Of a DNA stretch of 64,000 nucleotides, positions 25,386-37,959 are shown piece after piece. The stretch spans positions 27,776,001 to 27,840,000 of the forward strand of contig NC_043008.1 of NCBI RefSeq assembly GCF_006345805.1, written 5' to 3'. The DNA comes from Octopus sinensis. Lineage: Eukaryota. The translations under genes were made by a program, and so were the position numbers. The notes under the pieces are model-generated. The model made no database searches, had not been told where the DNA came from, and saw only the letters and a program-made list of their open reading frames with translations. Within the stretch, counting starts at the first letter, position 1, and each line of letters begins with the position of its first letter.

Positions 25386-27429
25386 TCTATAAATATAATA
25401 CTGAAATGCGTTTTTACCGCTTGGATCGCTTTAAAGGTCACTACCTCCCCTCGGATTCACTCCAAAATTTACAGGGACATGTAAAATGAGGTGTAGATTC
25501 CCGTGGGCTCCCTTAGAAATCCCTATCTTATAAGGTGTTGTTGCTAGGGCCAAAAACCCGCTTTGACAAATCCACTCCGGTTCTTTAATGTATCTGTCTT
25601 CCTCAACTCACTCTCGCTATTTCCTCTCTTCCCAGCATTTTGTCACTCACTCTATTTCATACATTCCCGTTACTTTCACTTCCTCAAACGGCCTTCTTCT
25701 ATGTATCTGTGTGTGTGAAAGAGAGAGATAACTGAAATTTTTTACTCGGATTTTGTAATGCGTGCGTGTGTATGCATGTATGTGTATATGTATATATGCA
25801 TGTATGTGTGTATGTATCTATGTATGTGTGTGTGTAGGTATGTGTATGTATGTGTGTATGTATGTGTGTATGTGTGTGTATGTATGTGTGAGTGTGTATG
25901 TATGTATGTCCCTTTGCCTGTTTATGTAACGGTCTGCTATGTAGAAAATAATGAGGTTGACTCAATGGAAATACATACATACACACACACGCATACATAC
26001 ACACACATACACACATACATACACACACATACATACACATACATACACACACAAACACACACATGCATAGATACACACACACACACGAACGCACACACAC
26101 ATATACATCAATGCTCCCATGCACGGTAACTTCAAAAGAACTTCCCTCGTCATACAATCGCTTTCTCTTAGTCTCTTTCGCTCTCATTACTTCAAAAGTT
26201 GCCGCAAGCCCATGTGTAAAAAAATAAAAAACTTTTTACGGAAATCGACGGAAAAGTATACTAAAACCGTAAGATTGCCATATATATATATATATATATA
26301 ATGTGTGCATTGTGTGGTCGCTTGAGCTGAAAATATGCACAACTATGTTAAAAGTAAGGGCAAGTTTGCATGACAACTATTTTTTTTCCTCAAATGAAAC
26401 GCGTGACCTCTAGGACAAAATTCCTCATCTTATAAAATGTGGCCCCAGTACACCCGAATGAAATCAGGTTATATTAGCCAAAATGTGAAAAGGGGTCTAA
26501 ATGGGGCTGGAAGGGGATTAAAATTTAAAAGAGCGGGTGTTTAGGGATTCTCTGTTACATCAAGCTAAAAAAATTGCGCCAGCCTTTTAATCGTCAATGT
26601 GTTGCCGTCCATGATGAAGAAGTTTTGAATGCTTGCCATGGTGAGTCTACTGTCGTGTGAAAGAATCACTTAAAAACTTGGTGTTTACGAATTTTCTTTT
26701 ACATCAAGTTCAAAATTTTAAACTGTCAAAATGTTGCTGTCCGTCGTTAAGAAATGTCAGCCATGGTGACTCTACTATCCTCAGATTCTATCCCTTCAAA
26801 CTATGGTTTCCAATATTTTATTATTTTTATTCAGCTCGCAAGTTCGTCTGTCCCTATTAAATGTTAGTGTTTTGCTGTCTGCCTTGAAGCAGACCTTTCC
26901 GTTGTTACTGCCTGATATTTATGATTCATCTTTCTAAATATTTTATTTCTCAACTTACACAAGATCTTTTGTTGTTTATAAATGGGAGAGAGAGAGATAA
27001 AGATAGAGAGTAAGAGAAAGCGTGGGAGAGTCCGAGAGAAAGGAAGAGTAAGAGAGTGGGGAAAGTGAGAGAGAAAGGAGGGAGAAACAAAGAGGGAGAA
27101 TCATCATCATCATCATCATCATCATCGTCGTTTAACGTCCGTTTTCCGTGCTAGCACGTGTTGGACAGTTTGACCGGGGACTGGGAAGCCAGGAGGCTGC
27201 ACCAAGCCTCAGTCTGATCTTGCAGTGTTTCTACAGGTGGATGCCCTTCCTAACGCCAACCACTCTGTGAGCGTAGCGGGTGCTTTTTTCGTGCCACCGG
27301 CACAGAAGCCAGTCATGGCGGCGCTGCAATCGGGCACGTTCGGATGGTGCTTTTTACGTGCTGAAAGGAAGCAACAGAAAGTAACAACCACACTCTTACG
27401 CGCGCGTAGAGCGGGTCACCTTCAGCTAG
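25386..27429 (+). mobile_element. Probable non-autonomous Helitron (~2.0 kb)
   Basis: A|TCTATAAATATAATA 5' end; imperfect GC hairpin 27398-27416, then CTAG|T; no TSD. Confidence 0.6.
27100..27360 (-). mobile_element. SINE or RTE-type 3' end with (GAT)n tail, nested in the Helitron
   Basis: Minus strand ttggcgttaggaagggcatcca..ggaaaacggacgttaaacgacgatgatgatg. Confidence 0.65.
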
Positions 27430-27465
27430 TATATGTGTATATACATATATACATATATATATATG

Positions 27466-27555
<90 letters not shown>

Positions 27556-27675
27556 ATATATACATATATACATATATACATATACATATATACATATATA
27601 TATACATATATATATATAATATATATATATATATACATACATACATACATACATACATACATACATACTTATATA

Positions 27676-27890
27676 TCGCGTTCAGTGACGTTTTGTCACT
27701 GGCAAAAGCATACATATTTGCATTGGTCAGATCTCTTCTCATTCTATCCCGGTGATTGACACGCGCTGATGACGGGTTAATACCCAGGACCCGGTTCCGT
27801 GCAAAGAAAGTGTCATTAGCTAGCTAGAGGAGATGTTTTCCTGGGATTATAAACTACAGTTGCATCGTCCCATATGGGTCAGCCATATTT
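27676..27890 (+). mobile_element. Possible PLE terminal fragment with a degenerate HHR, in (AT)n
   Basis: cgcg CTGATGA c ggg-ttaata-ccc, then mutated GAAAC (aggac) and ccggt. Confidence 0.35.
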
Positions 27891-27905
27891 AGATGTATAC
27901 ATATA

Positions 27906-28515
27906 TACAGGCGCAGGCCTGGCTGTGTGTTGAGAAACCTCCTTCCAACTACATTGTTCTGGGTTCAGTCCAACTGGGTGGCACCTCGGGCAATTATCTT
28001 TTGTTACATCCTTTTCTTCTGCAGAGTTCATTTGAACGGAAGAAATATGAAATCTGAAGAGGTGGTCAGAAGAGTAATGGAGGAATAATTTTCGTCATGG
28101 AAAAGTGAATTTTGGAATAGGGACCTCGGAAACCTACTAGATAGATGGAAAGGCATTGCAGAAAATGAAGGAGAGTATACTTTAGATTTTAAAAACTTTA
28201 TGTTAATTTTGCAATATAAAACAATTATAAAAAGATACATAATTAATGGGATCACCCAATATATAAGCGTGTGTGTATTTATGTATATATGTATGTGTAT
28301 CTATAAGTGTATGTCTTTATGTCTGTGTTCGTCCCCCCGTCACCACTTAAAAAGCAGTATTGGTGTGTTTCCCTCCCCGTAAATAGCGGTTCGGCCCAAG
28401 AGTCCGATATAATAAGTACTTGGCTTAAATAATTACTGTGGCTGATTCATTCGACTAAAAATTCAAGAGGTGCCTCAGCATGGCCGCAGTCTAATGACCA
28501 AAAGAAGTAAAAGAT
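27906..28515 (+). mobile_element. SINE family A interrupted by a mariner fragment
   Basis: Head at 27906-28008, tail at 28320-28515. Confidence 0.75.
28010..28261 (+). mobile_element. Mariner 3' fragment with TIR
   Basis: HLNGRNMKSEEVVRR..EFWNRDLGNLLDRWKGIAENEGEY; ends atgggatcacccaata. Confidence 0.75.
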
Positions 28516-28679
28516 TAAAAAGTATGTGTGCCTTTGCAAAAATATGAATCTATACATGTATACCATAGGCGGATCAAAAATATAGGTAACTGATAATACA
28601 TTCCCTGTCGAAATATTTGGGCTATGCGTAAGGATATAAAACAATTCAGTCTTAATATGGGAATAATATATTATTCTTT

Positions 28680-28876
28680 TCATTATATGTCCGAAAGTTT
28701 TGTGGGAGGTGGCCAGTCGATAAGATTGACCTCCAGTACACAACTGGTACTGAAGCTATCGACCCCGAAATAATTAAGAGCAAAGTCGATCCCGGCGGAA
28801 TTTGAACTCAGAACATAAAGACAGACAAAATACCGCTAAATATTTGCCCGGCGCGCTAACGTTTCTGCCAGTTCAT
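28680..28876 (-). mobile_element. SINE family B
   Basis: aaagtcgatcccggcggaatttgaactcag..cgcgctaacgtttctgccag. Confidence 0.8.
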
Positions 28877-30149
28877 GCTCGTATTTTCGTGATGTTAAAC
28901 TATGCAGAACGCGTATTAAAATCGTTGATATGAATCCCTCCGTATACGTCCCCGAATGAATAAAAGATCACAACGAGTATCGAAAGTGGATATTCGCATG
29001 CATTCAACTTTTTATATGACAGCCAATATAAATTAACAAAGCTTTCCTGTCCAATTTTGAAATAGAATATCTTCCATCATGCATTTCCACTATATCCATA
29101 TTAGTGATTCCACTAAAGGCTTAATGTAAACAGATTATTCTCGCGAAATAAATGAATAAACAAGTGAATTTTTGATGAATATTTTATTCTGCTGATTATT
29201 TCAAATATCCTCAAGCGCATACATATTCCTGACGTATGTTCCTCTGTCTTTTTGTCTCTCATTTGGTCTACAGGCATGAATGTAGTCACTATAGACAAAC
29301 AAGAATAATGAAATCTATGCATTCTTAATTATAGTCTTACGCAATCTTATGTATATGTTGGTAGTTGTACGAATATGATTACCTGTGCATCTTTCTGAAT
29401 TTCTATCTCTTTAATAGTTGGGATAAGTGAATGAAAATGCACATTCCCATTAATATCCCAGCTAATGCTTATTACTGGGAGTTGGAAAATTATGCATTCA
29501 CAACTATGAAGTGGCTCTCCCATTATTGGAATGCGAATTGCAATTTGTAATCAATCCTAAAGATAGGGGTCGGTTTATCTATTTTCTCCTTTTGGCCATT
29601 TCTTTTACTTAAACTACTTTCAATTCCAGTGCAGTCTACGTATCAATGTGTTAACCAATATCTGATATAGATTTATCGCATTCTGTTTCTGTTTAAATGT
29701 AAAAGGGTAATAATTCCTGGTACAGTGATGATACCTATCATTATATAAAATTCATTGTCATCTAGTTTTTGTTATTTACAGTGTATCCGACTATAATTTC
29801 TTTAAGTATGTATATATGTACTGTATTGTTCAGTTTTTATTTCAAGATTTCTTGCCAATAGAGAAAGAACCGGTTTTTTACCTAGATTGTTTAACCTAGA
29901 ATTTCAACATCAGCAACAGGGTATATATTCTTGTATGTGTGCATATATGTATATATACATATATATATATGGGCATATTTGTATGTTTTGTTTTATGTAG
30001 GTATTCTCATGAATATAGTTGCATATCTAGACATGCTCATATATATTTAAATGATAAACTTCTGGGAAGTTTTACAGATTCTTACAGTTCTAATGATGGA
30101 TTGAATTTTTAGTCTTCAAAGTAACTTCGTTGAATACGAAGATCGAACA

Positions 30150-30991
30150 AGATGTCCAGTTGAGTTTGTTGATAAGCTCCTTCAGGTATTAATTGGAGAA
30201 AATCCTGCATTATCAGTTGAAGAATTGGCAATAAAGATAAGTTCAAACCATACAACTGTTCATCTTCATCTTCAACAACTCAGAAAGGTTCCTAAACTTT
30301 GTTTACATCTGCCTTTTTCCCGATTTTGGCGAACTCATTTCACCCTTTTTTGATAGACTTGTGACTGGTGACGAATGATGGATCTTCTATCGAAATGTAA
30401 AACGTCGTAAACATTGGTTTGGCAAAAGGGAAAAAGCTCAACCACAAATGAGAAGGGAACTTCATGGGAAAGAAGATTCTTCTCTCTATCTGGTTGGATT
30501 GCAAAGGAATAATTCTTTTGAATTGTTACCACCTAATATAACAATAAATGATCAAGTCTACTGTCTGCAATTAGAGCGTTTGAACAAATCTTTGAAGAAA
30601 AAGACCCGCTCTAGTGAATTGAAAAGGATTGATGCTTCATCGGGACAATGCGCGACCCCACACTGCTAAGATCACATCACGGAAGATCGAAGAGCTTGGT
30701 TACGAAAAAATTTCTCATCCACATTATTCTTCCAACGTTGCTCCTTAAGACTGACATTTGTTTCATAGTTTACAGAGTCATTTGGGGGACAGAAATTTCA
30801 CATTTCAGAGTTTTTTGCTTTGAAACCAAAATAGTTTGATGCTGATGGGATTAAAAAGCTTGTAAATAGATGGAAAGAAGTCATAGATAATGAGGGAAAG
30901 TACATTGATGATTAAATTTAAATTAATATAACATTTGATCACTTGTGTTCGTTTTTCAAAATTCGGACAGAACTTATGGGATGACCTGATA
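30150..30991 (+). mobile_element. Decayed mariner
   Basis: SVEELA..HTTV.LHLQQL, LVTGDE.W, FELLPPNITINDQVYCLQLERL, RDNARPH; right TIR aacttatgggatgacctgata. Confidence 0.85.
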
Positions 30992-31452
30992 TATTTTTCT
31001 GTTTTAAAACCCATAGAAATAAATTATTTTTGATTGGTTTATATATTTCATGGCTGTTCAATATATTAGTTAATTTCAATGTGGGAAAATAGATTTGTTG
31101 AACGAGTACTTCGTTAAACGAAATTGGTCTTGGAATTAATTAAACTCCTACTGGGAAATATCACAGTCTCTCTCTCTCTCTTTATCTCTCTCTCTCTCTC
31201 TCTCTCTGTATATATATATATATATATATATAGATATATGTATATATATATATAAATATGCATGAGTGTGTACGTGTGTGTGCGTGTGTTCCAGCAAATG
31301 CGTAAGTATACACATAGAATATGCTTTAATTGTCTTCTAAATTTGAAGCATTGCGTTGGAAAATAGCCAAATTAAACTTGATATTTTTACGAGCATTACT
31401 ATTATTCCTCTGGAAATATCTCGCGAAAATCCTTTCATCTTACTGCCAGCTG

Positions 31453-31485
<33 letters not shown>

Positions 31486-31579
31486 ATATAATATATATTA
31501 TATATGTGGTGTGTGTGTGTTGTGTGTGTGTGTGGTGTGTGTGTGTGTATGTATGTATGTCTGTATATATATATATATA

Positions 31580-32111
31580 ATAAAATATTAGGAAATAAAT
31601 CCAAACTTACAGGGAAAAATCAGATTTAGGATTGAATCCAATTTTATAGCAAAATAATATATTATATTAAATTAGAGATAAAACCACTATTAGGCAAATC
31701 ATACAATGAAAAACTTAAGCCAATACATAAGATTAATTAATTTATATTATTTAAATATATATCAAACTTATTAAAAAAGATAATTAATATAACACTACGA
31801 TCGTTTCATAGCTGTTCAATTCTTAAAATTTTCGAGTTACAGTCATTCTTCAGGTGGTTTAAATATTTAACTTGGCGAGGTTTAATCAATTGATTAAACC
31901 TCGCCAAGTTAAATATTTAAACCACCTGAAGAATGACTGTAACTCGAAAATTTTAAGAATTGAACAGCTATGAAACGATCGTAGTGTTATATTAATTATC
32001 TTTTTTAATAATTTTGATATATATTTAAATAATATAAATTAATTAATCTTATGTATTGGCTTAAGTTTTTCATTGTATGATTTGCCTAATAGTGGTTTTA
32101 TCTCTAATTTA

Positions 32112-32120
<9 letters not shown>
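31580..32120. mobile_element. Head-to-head inverted PLE termini forming a spacerless palindrome (~229-bp arms)
   Basis: Centre at 31889/31890; arms 31661-31889 and 31890-32118 almost identical; one HHR per arm; lies in (AT)n. Confidence 0.85.
31920..31988 (+). ncRNA. Hammerhead motif (family 2); mirror copy at 31791-31859 on the minus strand
   Basis: aaccac CTGAAGA atgactgt..acagctat GAA ACGATCGT A gtgtt; palindromic stem III, GUA site. Confidence 0.7.
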
Positions 32121-32150
<30 letters not shown>

Positions 32151-32159
32151 CACACACAC

Positions 32160-32227
<68 letters not shown>

Positions 32228-32245
32228 TATATATATATATATATA

Positions 32246-33463
32246 CTCATGTTTGACAAAATAATGGAAACACTTAGCATCATATCATCATAATTTTGAA
32301 ATATCCATAAAACCGTCAAAAGCGCGTTAATTTTTACGTTTGTTATTTATTATTAGTGTAGCTTAATATGTCTTACTAAAATTGCTATTTTCTTTTAGAT
32401 ATGATCCGAAAAATGTTATTAAAATTCATTAAAATAACAGATAAATGTCAAAAGGTTGGTACTCGCATGACAGGCACTAGCGTAACGAAAACAGCTGAAA
32501 TGTTTTGTGTATCAAGACGTACTGTCTCGGAAGTAAAGCCAGCCTTTGGGGAATAGGGAAAAACCTCCTCGTCGAAACAAAACTCCGGAAGACAGCCAAA
32601 AATTTAGATAAGTACCATCGGACACTTACGCGAATTGTTAGAAATGATCACAAACGTACAGCCCCCAACATTACTGCAGAGCTTAATGACCACCTCGAGA
32701 ACTCAGTCTCCACAAAATCTGTTCGCCAGGAACTGCACAATGTTGGATTTCATGGCAGGGCTGCAGTTAGAAATCCACTATTTTCAAAAACAAACGTTGC
32801 AAAGCTTTTAGAGTGGAGTAAGAACCCACAAAATTAATCCCTAGAACAGTGGGAAAATTTTATTTTCTCGCATGAGTCATCCTTTACGTTATTTCCATCC
32901 ACCAGCCGATTATACATGTGGAGACAGACAAAAGAAGCATTTGACCCGGACTGCCTTCTTCCAAATTTTAAACAAGGAGGATCTGCGCTGATCTGGTGGG
33001 GGCTATAACTTGGAAATCGGCCAGCCTAATGGTTCCCCTTCATAGCAGAATGAATAATCAACACTGTTTAAGCATTTTATCTCATCAAATACATCCTGTG
33101 GCTGCGAAGCTGTTTCAGGAGGCAAATGCAATCTTTCAGGATGAAAGTACACCAATACACACAGCTAAATTTGTTACTGAATGCCCGAGGAACATTCTAC
33201 TGAAGGTGAACATCTTATCTGCCCACCATAGTCTCCAGATCTCAATATTATTGAACGTTTGTGGTGCATTTTAGAAAAACATGTAAGGAAACTTATCCTC
33301 CACAATCATCACTACAAGAACTGGAGACTGTTTTGGCTGACGAATGGAAACAATCCAAACCTCACAGTATTCAAGTTGTACCTATTACCAAAGTCAGTCC
33401 TCCCCATATTAAAATAATTTGCTTGAAATTTTAAGGTGTTTCCTTTATTCTGTCTCACCCCTG
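32246..33463 (+). mobile_element. Decayed Tc1-like transposon
   Basis: TIRs gacaaaataatggaaacac / gtgtttcctttattctgtc; RTLTRIV..TAPNITAELN..GFHGRAAVRNP, IFSHES.F, FQDESTPIH, SPDLNIIE. Confidence 0.88.
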
Positions 33464-33464
33464 C

Positions 33465-33499
<35 letters not shown>

Positions 33500-33738
33500 G
33501 GTATGTATATATGTATGTATATATATACATATTTATTGTCATTTTTCAGTCTATAAACTGGAGTCATGCAGCGGGACTGAATCAAGAAGCATATGGCTGG
33601 GTAGCAAATTTCAAGGGGCGAGATTCGTGCATCGCGACTCATCATGTCCTTTAATCTTGTGAATAGGCCTGGAACACGGAAACGGAGAAAAACTTGTCTC
33701 ATAAGTGTGTGTTTACATGTATCTCTCTCTCCCTCTGA

Positions 33739-33806
<68 letters not shown>

Positions 33807-33902
33807 TGAGAGAGACAGAGAGAGAGACATACAGAGACAGAGGAGGAGGAAGAGAGAGAGAGAGAGGGGGAGGGAGAGAGACAAAGAGATGGATGTGCAT
33901 TC

Positions 33903-34058
33903 GCAGCTGTGTAGTAAGACTCTTGCTTCACTACAACATGGTTCCGGGTTGAGTCCCACTGCGTGGGAACTTGACCGAGTGCCTTTCATTATTGCATCGG
34001 GCTAATAAAAGTCTTGTGAGTGGATTTCCTTGACGGAAACTGAAATAAGACTGTCGTA
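33903..34058 (+). mobile_element. SINE family A, 5' half
   Basis: gctgtgtagtaag..atggttccgggttgagtcccactgcg..gacggaaactgaaa. Confidence 0.75.
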
Positions 34059-34784
34059 GATTCATGTATATATGTCTGACCAGAGATGAAATTCATGTCG
34101 TGTTAGCCGCCAGAATATCTATTATTAAATTTGATAGCAAGTTGTAGGAAAGTTTTGATGTCACGATGGTAAGTTCTAAATCAGCATCTAACCAAAAAAC
34201 GCATCAATACTCGTCTTAGTAAATTAATATGGTCTCTAAAAGAACATAATAAACAATTTGATTTGGAATGGAATATGCTATCAAGATACTTTCCTTATGA
34301 TAAGGTTAAACCTTTTTGTTTGCTTTGTAACGATGAACTTTATTTCATCCTGTTCTCAGAGAATCATCTTATATACACGTTTAAAGAACGCATTTATCGT
34401 TGCAAATATTGGCAAATACATACCGTTAGTTCCTATAAGTAATTTCTACCAGTCTATAAAATTTGACCTTTAAGTATCTTCTTACAATTCACTTCAACTA
34501 AATATATCTATTTCCACGACTTTAAGCTGTAATCATATTCACCGATCGCACTATATTTGTCCACTTGTAGTTTTCTTCCAATTCCTTTCTCTCTGCTCAT
34601 TCTCTTTTTATAAATTGCTTTTGACGTTATATCTATTAAGGGTCATTTTAAAAAACTAACTCCAATAGGCATGTGGAAACAATCCAATAAGCTGTAAAAT
34701 TGCGTTCATAGAATCCGCATATGCACACATATACACAAACGTCCACGTACACACACATATATGTATATATATATATATACATAC

Positions 34785-35190
34785 TCGGCCAGACCAGACT
34801 TCAGCCCCGGCATCCGTAACATACATCAGCCGGTAGACATTCTATTATGTATATCTAATGCAACACAAAAGGGAATATTATAAGAATAGATACACATGCA
34901 ATGACTGTGTGCTACACAAGTATATACTAGTTGGAGTATGGGGTAACATACCATTTGAAGACCAGAACGATGGGGTATTATTATCTGTACCTGTCTATAC
35001 TCATGCTCTAGCAGCCATGCATAAATAGGTACCACTGCCTAAATTTACTCTTCCTACAAAAATTCATCCTTAGAACGACCACCCAAATTCTATCTACAGA
35101 ATACTGAAGAGATGGAGCTGGCATAGAGTATGTCATGGCCTCTTGGCAGAAACGGCCGTGAGGAACTGATCTTTTAATCTTTTACTCTTT
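34785..35190 (+). mobile_element. Repeat with an HHR-like motif (family 3), probable PLE terminus
   Basis: CTGAAGA at 35104 and GAAACGGCCGT at 35149; ~185 bp recurs inverted at 37768-37958. Confidence 0.55.
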
Positions 35191-35525
35191 TATGTATTAC
35201 TATTATTACTATTACTAATATATACTTGTGTACCACACAGTCTTTGCATGTGTAACTATTCTTATAATACTCACTTTTGTTTTGCATTAAATAGACATTA
35301 TAGAATGTCTACCTGATGATATATGTAATTTTTGTATCTCCTCTACTTTTTCGCCGTAAACAACTTTTCCCCCCCGCCCATATATGACACTTGATCACGA
35401 AATTGCCAGGCAATAACCAGCACTTGGCACTTGGGTATTAACAATTGGGCACACTACCAGCAGTGTATTGGATAGGTACTATGCCTTAGTTGGTTGGCTT
35501 CCTAACGACTAACCCTCACGGAAAT

Positions 35526-35580
<55 letters not shown>

Positions 35581-35586
35581 ATATAT

Positions 35587-35620
<34 letters not shown>

Positions 35621-35800
35621 CAGACAATCAGATGGACAGAAGAAGAAGGAGGAGGAAGAGAGAGTGATAGATCGATAGGTAGATAGATAAATTTGATTAA
35701 AGGGGATGCATAATTGATCGAGATATGCCAAGAGAAAGCACACTCCAATAGTTGTAAAGAGTTAATGATGCATATGAGAAACTTATGTAGTCTGTCATGA

Positions 35801-36140
35801 AAGGCGGCGAGATGGCAGAAACGTTAGCGCGCCGGGCGAAAAGCCTAGCGGTATTTCGTCTGCCGTTACGTTGTGAGTTCAAATTCCGCCGAGGTCGACT
35901 TTGCCTTTCATCCTTCCGGGGTCGATAAAAAAGAACCAGTTACGCACTGGGGTCGATATAATCGACTTAATCCGTTTCTCTGTCCTTGTTTGTCCTCTCT
36001 GTGTTTAGCCCCTTTACGTTTTAAGTTCCAATTCCGTCGAGGTCGACTTTACAGTTCATCCTTTGAGGGTCATACTGGGATCGATCTAATCGACTGGCCC
36101 CCTCCCAAGAAATTGAGGGCCTGTGCCTGGTGTAGAAAAG
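35801..36140 (+). mobile_element. SINE family B (dimer-like)
   Basis: ggcggcgagatggcagaaacgttagc..gagttcaaattccgccgaggtcgactttgcc. Confidence 0.85.
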
Positions 36141-36782
36141 TATGTGGTCTATCATCATAGTACCGAAAGCATTGATGAAGGAAAATTCACCGCAACTCGA
36201 ACAGCATCAAAACATACCCAATGATTAAAGGAACTTTAAGCATAGCATAAATACTTTATATGAACAGAATAATTGGTTATCATGTACCTCTACAAATATC
36301 TAATTACAGGCCATATTTGTGTCGCAAAACTATTTCACTGAAGTGGGCTGTATGTAGTACATACATAAGCCTGTATAACACGATATGCAATTCTCGACTC
36401 CTCAGGTTTATCGAATATATGAGCAAGAATTGAGTTGTCGATTAATCACAAAATTATCAACGCGTGAATTTTAGGATGAAAATTACTGATTTTTAAGAAA
36501 TGTAAATTATCTGGAGATATATCGCGTCAATCAGAAGTATATATGTCAGACAAATGAGGTACATGACAGGATAGTTAATATATATATTTATGATTTAAAA
36601 AAAGCATCATTCAATCTTAGCTATATTGCTCATAAAGGCGGGCGCTTGTATAGAGCTGCTCGTAAATGCCAAGCACAAAACGAGGCGCAGTTAAAACAAA
36701 TTTGAAGACAGTTGCCAACGATGTTTCAAAAACACAAAACTTCCCATTTCATTGTGTAGTGCTTGAAAGTAGGTCTATGCGG

Positions 36783-36867
36783 TTACCTGATGAGAGCAAC
36801 TTTCTTAGTAATGATGCGATAATTTCATTGATAAATTAAAGGAGTCTCTCGAAACAGCCGTAATGAA
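36783..36867 (+). ncRNA. Hammerhead motif (family 4)
   Basis: CTGATGA gag..ctc GAA ACAGCCGT A atga; related motif at 62876-62965; stem I weak. Confidence 0.5.
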
Positions 36868-37012
36868 TTGATACACATCTTTGTTGCTCATTTAAATTTC
36901 ACTCACTTACACTGGAATCTGCAGTGTAGAAGGATTTAGAAAGTATATTTATATAAAGTACATATCTGAACAAACAAGATCGGATTCATTCAGTAAGTTG
37001 GATCATACCGTC

Positions 37013-37050
<38 letters not shown>

Positions 37051-37054
37051 TGGT

Positions 37055-37173
<119 letters not shown>

Positions 37174-37402
37174 GCAAATAGTTAGGAAGATAGATACTTC
37201 CAAACAAACATGACTTTTTATTAAATCCTAATATACTTCAACGTTTTAATATTTTCTCAAAATTATCCTTGTAAACGGTATTTAACATTTTCTTAAAGTG
37301 AAAACGGTTTGGTGAATAAACATCTTTAAAAATTGCATTTTCAAACCTTCTTTCATATATATTTCCACTCGTGCAGTACCTTATAACTTCAGTTTGTTAT
37401 AT

Positions 37403-37437
<35 letters not shown>

Positions 37438-37493
37438 TATTATATATATATATAATATATATAATATATATATGTATAAACATATATATATAT

Positions 37494-37590
<97 letters not shown>

Positions 37591-37681
37591 CATATATATA
37601 TATATATACACATACATATATATGCGTATATATATATATATATAAATATACGTATATACGTATATATATACATATATATGT

Positions 37682-37735
<54 letters not shown>

Positions 37736-37754
37736 ATATATATATATACTTTCT

Positions 37755-37958
37755 AAATCCTTAATACTTTCCTTACGGCCGTTTCTGCCAAGAGGCCATG
37801 ACATACTCCATGCCAGCTCCATCTCTTCAGTATTCTGTAGGGATTGTTAGATAGAATTTGGGTGGTCGTTCTAAGGATGAATTTTTGTAGTAAGAGTAAA
37901 TGTAGGCAGTGGTACCTATTTATGCATGGCTGCTAGAGCATGAGTATAAACAGGTACT
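37755..37958 (-). mobile_element. Inverted copy of the HHR family 3 repeat
   Basis: Reverse complement of ~34983-35165; reads GAAACGGCCGTA agga. Confidence 0.65.
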
Positions 37959-37959
37959 T

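Noticed and set aside
28010-28200. Host exon after a polypyrimidine-CAG acceptor-like site
   Set aside because: Translates as a mariner transposase C-terminus and ends in a TIR
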